A stretch of 64,000 nucleotides of DNA from Methanonatronarchaeales archaeon (lineage in GTDB: Archaea; Halobacteriota; Methanonatronarchaeia; JAANXF01), in the NCBI GenBank assembly GCA_018263395.1, contig JAANXF010000016.1:3485-67484 (forward strand). The letters run 5' to 3'. The notes beneath the pieces were generated by a model. The model did not search any database and was not told the origin of the DNA. It saw only the letters and a program-made list of their open reading frames with translations. Made by a program: the position numbers and the translations under genes. Below, in pieces: positions 58,272 to 64,000 of this stretch. Positions within the stretch are counted from its first letter, which is position 1, and each line of letters opens with the position of its first letter.

Positions 58272-59477
58272 CTACACGGTTTCGGCCACGACGTAGGTCG
58301 ACTCCGCCCTGACGATCCCCGCGGAGGTCCGCGAGCCGAGCTGGAGTTCCTCCTCGATGGCCACCGGCGTGTAACGGTCGTCCCGGCAGACGACGCTGCC
58401 CCCTCTCCCCTCCTCGGTGACCAGCACCTCCACGGTCTCCCCGACCCTGTCTCCGTACACCCTCCTCCCGAGTTCGTGCCGCAGTTCCGTCAGTTCCCCG
58501 GACCGACGCTTCTTTACGTCGTGGGGAACCTCCCGCATCCCTGACGCAGCGGTTCCGGGCCGGGGGGAGAATCGCGTGATGTTGAACCCGGTGGGCTCCA
58601 CGCTCTCGAGCAGCTCCACCGTGGCCCCCTGGTCCTCCTCCGTCTCCCCGGGGAAACCGGCGATTACGTCGGTGAACAGCGTCCCGTCGGGACGGGCGTC
58701 CCTGAAGTCCTCCACGACCGAGATAAAGTCATCGACGGTGTGGCGCCGACCCATCCTCTCGAGCACGCGGTCGGAACCGCTCTGGACGGGCAGGTGGAGG
58801 TAGTCGTAGACCCTCCCGTCCCGGTAAAGCTCGTCGAACCCGTCGGAGAACGACGCCGCGGTTGAGGGATTCATCATGCCTATCCTGAGCCTGAAGTCGG
58901 CCTCGATCCCGAGCACCGCATCGACCGCATCTACGATGTCGAGGCCGATGTCCGCTCCGTAGGCCCCGTTGTCCTGCGACGTCACCCGTAGCTCCCCCGC
59001 CCCCCCGTCCAGAAGCCGGCGGGCCTGCCGCCTCACCTCCTCCGGTGGAAGGCTCCTGACGTCGCCCCTCGCCAGCTTCGTGATGCAGTAGGTGCAGTTC
59101 CCGAGGCACCCCTCCGCCACCTGTATCGTGCCCACGACGCCCTCTACCCCTGTCTCCACGGCCAGCTTCTCCTCCCCGAGAAGCGAACCCACACCGGTGC
59201 TCTCGAGGATGGAGGCGTCGGGCCTCACCCTCTCAACTAGCTCCGGCTGAGCGGCCGCCATGCAGCCCGCCACGATTACGTCCTCCTCCGCGGTCCGTAT
59301 CCTGTGGAGCATGCGGTCCTGCGTAGACTGCACCACGGTGCAGGTGTTGAACAGCACGGAATCGCACTCCTCCTCTGAGGAGACGACCTCGTGGCCCCGT
59401 CTCTCCAGCAGCCGCTCGAGCTTGCTCCCGTCCGCACGGTTCGAAGTACACCCGTAGCTCTCTACGTAGACCCGCAA
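58272..59477 (-). CDS. MiaB-like tRNA methylthiotransferase (archaeal MtaB/e-MtaB type, radical SAM)
   Basis: The N-terminal MTTase cluster Cys (YVESYGCTSN...NTCTV...GCMA), the radical-SAM CLGNCTYC and a C-terminal TRAM domain. Confidence 0.85.
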   Translation of the reverse strand: MRVYVESYGCTSNRADGSKLERLLERRGHEVVSSEEECDSVLFNTCTVVQSTQDRMLHRIRTAEEDVIVAGCMAAAQPELVERVRPDASILESTGVGSLLGEEKLAVETGVEGVVGTIQVAEGCLGNCTYCITKLARGDVRSLPPEEVRRQARRLLDGGAGELRVTSQDNGAYGADIGLDIVDAVDAVLGIEADFRLRIGMMNPSTAASFSDGFDELYRDGRVYDYLHLPVQSGSDRVLERMGRRHTVDDFISVVEDFRDARPDGTLFTDVIAGFPGETEEDQGATVELLESVEPTGFNITRFSPRPGTAASGMREVPHDVKKRRSGELTELRHELGRRVYGDRVGETVEVLVTEEGRGGSVVCRDDRYTPVAIEEELQLGSRTSAGIVRAESTYVVAETV

Positions 59478-59949
59478 CGGGAGAGAATCGCTTCGGGGCC
59501 CGAAAGACGTTTCGAAGTACCCGGCGGCTTAGACATAACCACTCACCGCCCTGGAATCGTGATTGGACCGGGACGCCACCGGCAAAACGACCGTGGAGAA
59601 CCATCGATCGGAACGACTCGGAGACGAGGGCGGTAAGGTTCGACTACTCCCCGGAAGCGGTGCCAGAAGGGGAGAAACGTACGGCCTAACCGTTACAGGG
59701 GCCATCGGAGAGGGGCTCGTCCAGAAACTCGCAGTGGTGGGGTCGATAAACACCGTACTGATGGCGAAGAGACGCGCGGGGATACGCTCAGATATCTCTG
59801 AGCGGCAGCGCTGGGAACCCGGCGGGTCGTTGCGGTGCAGAGCGGTGGATGCCAGAATCCCCTTCGCGAGGACCAAAGCGAGAGCCCGTACTCCCGGCGG
59901 ACCTCCCCGCGGTTCCGGAGAGCGGACGTCCCGGGCGGCCGGGGAGGCC

Positions 59950-60858
59950 CTACGAGAGCGTCCCCAGAATCCAGGTATACAGGTCGCCGTAGGTCACGGC
60001 CACCACGAATCCTCCCAGAATAAGGGCCACGAAGGGAATCAGGTAGGGAACCCACACCTCGCTTCGACCCAGCCGCCTGAACTCCTCCAGCGACTCGCCG
60101 GTCGCCTTCGTCGAACCCGGGACCCCTCTCCGGCCACCTCCCTCAGTCCTCTCGAGTAGCCGGGTTTTGCCCGGCTCCACCTCGTCGAGATTCACCGGGG
60201 TACCGAGGAACATGAGGAACCATCGGCGCCTTCCTTTCGCCAGGTTAAACGCGAAGAGCCCGAAGGGGTAGACTACGCCGATCAGGAGCGCGTTCATCAG
60301 GACCGACACCGCCGGTATCCCCAACAGTCCGGTCTCCAGGACCCAGGAGGGGAACTCGGGAAGTAGGACCGAAAGCACCAGCAGTGCCTTCAGGTCTGCC
60401 CCGCCCATCACCTGGTCGCCCAGCACCGTTCCGACGAGAGCGACGAGGACGACGAAGAGCACCGCCGCCAGAACCGAAACCGCGATGGAGCGGAGAACCC
60501 CACTCCCCGCTGCGGAGGAAAGCCAGACTCCGACCGCCGCCACCCCGATGGCCAGCGCGTAGACCAGGGCGCTGAAGCCCGGTATCCGCGACAGGGCGTC
60601 GAAGAACCGGTCCCAGTCGGCCTCTTCCAGGGAGAGATGCATGAATGCGTAGGCCGCCGGCGATAAGAGCAGGGTGTACCCGAGCGCCTCGAACACGCCT
60701 TCGGCAACGAGGCCCCATCCGTCCAGTGCGAGAGCCAGCGCCGCGAAGGGGTACCACGTCGCGTTGGGCACCCTGCGCTCCCTCACGTCCCTGTAGGAAC
60801 CGTATCCGAGCATCGCCAGACAGATAGACACCCTCGCCGCGTCCAGGGCCACAGTCAT
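59950..60858 (-). CDS. Archaeal prepilin/preflagellin peptidase (A24 family, FlaK/PibD-like)
   Basis: The first catalytic Asp context GSYRDVRERRVPN, the second GGADLKALL, and multiple TM helices. The ATG at 60858 is preferred. Confidence 0.65.
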   Translation of the reverse strand: MTVALDAARVSICLAMLGYGSYRDVRERRVPNATWYPFAALALALDGWGLVAEGVFEALGYTLLLSPAAYAFMHLSLEEADWDRFFDALSRIPGFSALVYALAIGVAAVGVWLSSAAGSGVLRSIAVSVLAAVLFVVLVALVGTVLGDQVMGGADLKALLVLSVLLPEFPSWVLETGLLGIPAVSVLMNALLIGVVYPFGLFAFNLAKGRRRWFLMFLGTPVNLDEVEPGKTRLLERTEGGGRRGVPGSTKATGESLEEFRRLGRSEVWVPYLIPFVALILGGFVVAVTYGDLYTWILGTLS

Positions 60859-60898
60859 TGAGTGAAACGTTATTGGGGTCCCCCGAGAATAACACCTC

Positions 60899-61261
60899 GT
60901 GGAGACACCGAACTTCGACGGCGGATTCGTCCACGCCGTAGCCGTTGACGCGGAGAGCGGGGACGTCCTAATGCTCGCACACATGGACGGCGAGGCCTTT
61001 GAGAGGACGGTCGAGACGGGTTACGCCCACTACTGGTCCCGTTCGAGGCAGCAGCTGTGGAAAAAGGGAAAGACCTCCGGCAACGTACAGCGCGTCAGGG
61101 AGATACGTCTCGACTGCGACGGCGACGCGGTGCTGCTGGAGGTGGAGCAGGAGGGCGGCGCCTGCCACACCGGGCACCGCTCCTGCTTCCACAGGGTCTT
61201 CGACGGCGAGAGGTTCGTGGAGAAGGGGGAGAGGGTCTTTGACCCCGGCGAGGTGTACTGA
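60899..61261 (+). CDS. hisI: Phosphoribosyl-AMP cyclohydrolase
   Basis: GTG start. ...[28 protein letters not shown] gives the HisI zinc/Cys motifs. Confidence 0.85.
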   Translation: METPNFDGGFVHAVAVDAESGDVLMLAHMDGEAFERTVETGYAHYWSRSRQQLWKKGKTSGNVQRVREIRLDCDGDAVLLEVEQEGGACHTGHRSCFHRVFDGERFVEKGERVFDPGEVY

Positions 61262-61334
61262 ACCACGTCGAAGGGTCAAATGTCCCCAAATCTTGATTAA
61301 CTCGCGGGTGTATCTCTACCAAAGGTAAAAAGCG

Positions 61335-63173
61335 ATGAAGAGAGTTACAGATGCAAGTGTAATAGTTGACGGAAGGATAACTGCGCTAATCGACGAGGGA
61401 GAGTTCCGCGGCGACGAAATAGTCGTCCCGGAGGCCGTCGTCGCGGAGCTGGAGGCGCAGGCGAACCGGGGTAAGAAGACCGGTTACAACGGCATAGAGG
61501 AGATAAGGGCCCTGAGGAACAGCGCCTCAAGGGGCGAAATAGAGCTCACGTTCACGGGCGCGAGACCCACAGGTGAGGCCGTCGAGGCAGCCGCCGAGGG
61601 GGAGATCGACGCGATGATACGGGACCTCTGCGGGGAGCTGGAGGCCACGCTGGTCACAAGCGACCACGTCCAGGCCGAGATCGCGGAGGTCAAGGGGCTC
61701 GACACCGTCTTCCTCGCCCCGGAGGGCGAGACGAGGAAACCCCTCCGTATAAGGGAGTTCTTCGACGACGACGTGATGAGCGTACACCTCAGGGACGGAA
61801 CCGTGCCACTGGTCAAGAGAGGTTCACCGGGAGATATGCAGCTGGAGAGGCGAGGTGACGAGGAATCCACCGACAGGGAAATCGACGCCATCGCCCTCGA
61901 AGTGGTGGAGCAGGCAGAGCGGGACCCGAACGGCTTCCTCGAGATGGACAAAGGCGGGGCAACCGTGGTTCAGCTCGGGGACATGCGTATCGCCATAGCG
62001 CGACAGCCGTTCAGCGACGGAACGGAGATAACGGCGGTGAGGCCAGTGGCGGACGTCGCGCTGGACGAGTACCGCCTGGCCGAACAGCTGAAGGAGAGAT
62101 TCTCAGAGAAGCGGCGCGGAGTGCTGCTTGCGGGTTCGCCCGGGGCCGGAAAATCAACCCTGGCTCAAGCGGTGGCGCACTACCTGGAGGACAGCGGCGT
62201 AATCGTCAAGACGATGGAGAGCCCGAGGGACCTTCAGGTCCGGGACTCCATCACGCAGTACACGGCCCTGGAGGGAGATATGGCCGGAACCGCCGACGTG
62301 CTGCTCCTCGTGAGGCCGGACTACACGATTTACGACGAGGTCCGGAAGACCGACGACTTCGAGGTCTTCAGCGACATGAGGCTGGCCGGCGTCGGAATGA
62401 TAGGGGTCGTGCACGCGACCAGGGGAATAGACGCCCTCCAGCGCCTCATAGGACGCGTCGAGCTCGGCATGATTCCGCAGGTAGCCGACACGATAGTCTA
62501 CGTGGAGGACGCAGAGATTAAGGACGTGCTGGAGCTCAGGTTCACGGTGAAGGTGCCCGCGGGCATGACGGAGGCCGACCTGGCGCGACCGGTGATAGAA
62601 GTCATCGACTTCGAGACGAACGCCGTGCAGCACGAGGTGTACACCTACGGCGAGCAGGTCGTGGTGATGCCGCTCGAGGAGGGAGAGACGACCAATCCGG
62701 CCTGGAAACTCGCGGAGAGGCAGGTCGAGAGCTTCGTCCGAAAAACCTCGAGAGGCCCCGTGGAGGCACAGATGACCAGCGACGGGTCCTGCACGCTCTA
62801 CGTCGAGGAGAGGGACGTCCCGGCGATCCTTGGAAGGGGTGGGTCGAAAATCGACCAGATCGAGAACCAGCTCGGACTCTCGATAGACGTCCAGACGTTC
62901 GAGGAGAAGGAGAAATCGGAGGATAAACATGATCGGGGCGAGCGCCCATCCTCAGAGGACGGAGTCGAGGTCAGGGAGACCGGTGGACACGTCGTGCTGG
63001 GGCTCGGCAGTGACTGGGCAGGTGAAACCGTCGACATCTCCGTGGACGGAGAGTACCTGTTCACCGGAACCGTGGGCAAGAGCGGCGAGATAAAGATATC
63101 CCGGGGAACCGAGGTGGCCTCGGCAATCGTCGACGCGGTGGAGTCCAGCCAGGAGCTCCTGATAGAGACCTGA
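61335..63173 (+). CDS. PIN-domain plus P-loop ATPase plus KH-domain protein (archaeal COG1855-type)
   Basis: The N-terminal PIN has acidic residues (VIVDG...D). Walker A LLAGSPGAGKSTLAQA and Walker B LLLVRPD. The C-terminus is KH-like (VPAILGRGGSKIDQIENQLGLSIDV). Confidence 0.75.
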   Translation: MKRVTDASVIVDGRITALIDEGEFRGDEIVVPEAVVAELEAQANRGKKTGYNGIEEIRALRNSASRGEIELTFTGARPTGEAVEAAAEGEIDAMIRDLCGELEATLVTSDHVQAEIAEVKGLDTVFLAPEGETRKPLRIREFFDDDVMSVHLRDGTVPLVKRGSPGDMQLERRGDEESTDREIDAIALEVVEQAERDPNGFLEMDKGGATVVQLGDMRIAIARQPFSDGTEITAVRPVADVALDEYRLAEQLKERFSEKRRGVLLAGSPGAGKSTLAQAVAHYLEDSGVIVKTMESPRDLQVRDSITQYTALEGDMAGTADVLLLVRPDYTIYDEVRKTDDFEVFSDMRLAGVGMIGVVHATRGIDALQRLIGRVELGMIPQVADTIVYVEDAEIKDVLELRFTVKVPAGMTEADLARPVIEVIDFETNAVQHEVYTYGEQVVVMPLEEGETTNPAWKLAERQVESFVRKTSRGPVEAQMTSDGSCTLYVEERDVPAILGRGGSKIDQIENQLGLSIDVQTFEEKEKSEDKHDRGERPSSEDGVEVRETGGHVVLGLGSDWAGETVDISVDGEYLFTGTVGKSGEIKISRGTEVASAIVDAVESSQELLIET

Positions 63174-63177
63174 GCCC

Positions 63178-63543
63178 TTAACCGTAGAGCGGCGCCCTCT
63201 CCCAGCCCTTCAGCCGCCTGTAAGAGGCGAGGTAGGTGCCGAAAACAGCGACCGGCAGGACCGCCATGGAAATCGTTTTCAGGGCGTCAGCCTCCCTCCC
63301 GATGAGGATTATTTCCCTGGCCACCGCTACGAGCGATGCCTCCAGAACAGCCAGCACGACCTTTTCCCTCGTGATGTACGCCATGACGGTGCGGAAGAGC
63401 TCCATGGCTATCATTATCACGAGTGCACTGTCCAGGAAACTTACCAGGACGCCCCGCGCCTGAGTGCGTCCGGCGGCCTGAAGACAGTCGTACCACGATA
63501 AAAAGGGGTGCCCTTGCTTAACCGTTTCCCCCCGGAAACGCAA
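63178..63543 (-). CDS. Small membrane protein (PsiE-like topology), hypothetical
   Basis: A 121-aa ORF with 3-4 hydrophobic helices. Confidence 0.4.
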   Translation of the reverse strand: MRFRGETVKQGHPFLSWYDCLQAAGRTQARGVLVSFLDSALVIMIAMELFRTVMAYITREKVVLAVLEASLVAVAREIILIGREADALKTISMAVLPVAVFGTYLASYRRLKGWERAPLYG

Positions 63544-63568
63544 TAATACCGCCGGCCCACTTCAAGAC

Positions 63569-64000
63569 ATGCTGGATCCCCACACACACGTCGACAGGCG
63601 GGGAGACGACGACCTCGAACTCCTCGCCCTCAGCGGCGTGGAGACCGTCCTCACTCTGGCACACGACCCCGCACCGTTCTCGGAACCCGCGTCCATCCTG
63701 GACCACTTTCACCAGCTAACCGGCCGCGAGACGAAGAGGGGTGGACCCACAGGCCTGGAGGTGCTGGTAGCGATCGGGGTATACCCCGGCGCACTGAAGA
63801 GCGGCGTCGACGAGGTGCTCGAGAGGCTACCGCGGCTCCTGGCAGCGCCGCCCGTGACAGCCGTTGGAGAAATCGGGCTCTCCAGAGGCACGCCGGGTGA
63901 GGAGCGCCTGCTCGGTGCACAGATGGAAATAGCGCGCGACGAGGGGTACCCCTGCGTGGTGCACACGCCTCACGACGGTAAACCCGGGGTCGTGGAGCAG
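63569..64000 (+). CDS. TatD-family metal-dependent hydrolase, 5' portion (continues beyond the window)
   Basis: ATG at 63569: MLDPHTHVDRR... gives the HxH of TatD. The frame is open to the window end, so it is absent from the ORF track. Confidence 0.6.
   Translation, partial: MLDPHTHVDRRGDDDLELLALSGVETVLTLAHDPAPFSEPASILDHFHQLTGRETKRGGPTGLEVLVAIGVYPGALKSGVDEVLERLPRLLAAPPVTAVGEIGLSRGTPGEERLLGAQMEIARDEGYPCVVHTPHDGKPGVVEQ

Overview
The window is a GC-rich (about 60%) euryarchaeal chromosomal segment. Its gene content and rRNA layout are consistent with a Methanopyrus-like hyperthermophilic methanogen (inference). The proteins are very acidic, many adjacent genes overlap by ATGA/GTGA, and the long antisense ORFs are low-complexity GC artefacts. 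Reading 5' to 3', the housekeeping content is: an M32 carboxypeptidase gene truncated at the window start; a mre11-rad50-nurA-(173-aa ORF)-herA DNA end-resection operon; an aminopeptidase, an MscS channel, an HD hydrolase and an aldo-keto reductase; a wtpABC-type tungstate/molybdate ABC transporter transcribed divergently from a Tfx-family regulator; a complete rRNA operon (16S, tRNA-Ala with a putative 72-nt intron, 23S, tRNA-Cys, 5S); MobB, Pth2 and a Fe/Mn superoxide dismutase; F420 biosynthesis genes cofC and cofG-cofH; glutamate dehydrogenase; purC-purS-purQ; archaeosine tRNA-guanine transglycosylase; family-B DNA polymerase; fdhD-fdhA (Cys-type molybdopterin formate dehydrogenase); two SDRs and a PAPS-reductase-like protein; tRNA-Gly; a MiaB-like methylthiotransferase; a FlaK-like prepilin peptidase; HisI; and a PIN-KH ATPase. 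The observations I rate most worth a second look are: (1) a 13-bp perfect tandem duplication that frameshifts a small membrane-protein gene overlapping the 3' end of cofH; (2) an OsmC-like gene interrupted by an in-frame TAG; (3) a spacer tRNA-Ala whose putative intron carries an anticodon-arm mimic; (4) a candidate RNase P RNA whose 3' end overlaps the tgtA promoter; (5) a partly low-GC island encoding secreted or surface proteins (an FG-GAP protein, two PGF-CTERM archaeosortase substrates, a transglutaminase-like lipoprotein); (6) an extra ORF with a HAS-barrel-like N-terminus between nurA and herA; (7) AT-rich islands flanking tRNA-Gly that contain zinc-ribbon mini-ORFs; and (8) an orphan structured GC-rich segment ending in a 9-nt homopolymer. 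No CRISPR array and no IS or transposase gene was seen. All calls come from reading the sequence and the six-frame track; no searches were run.
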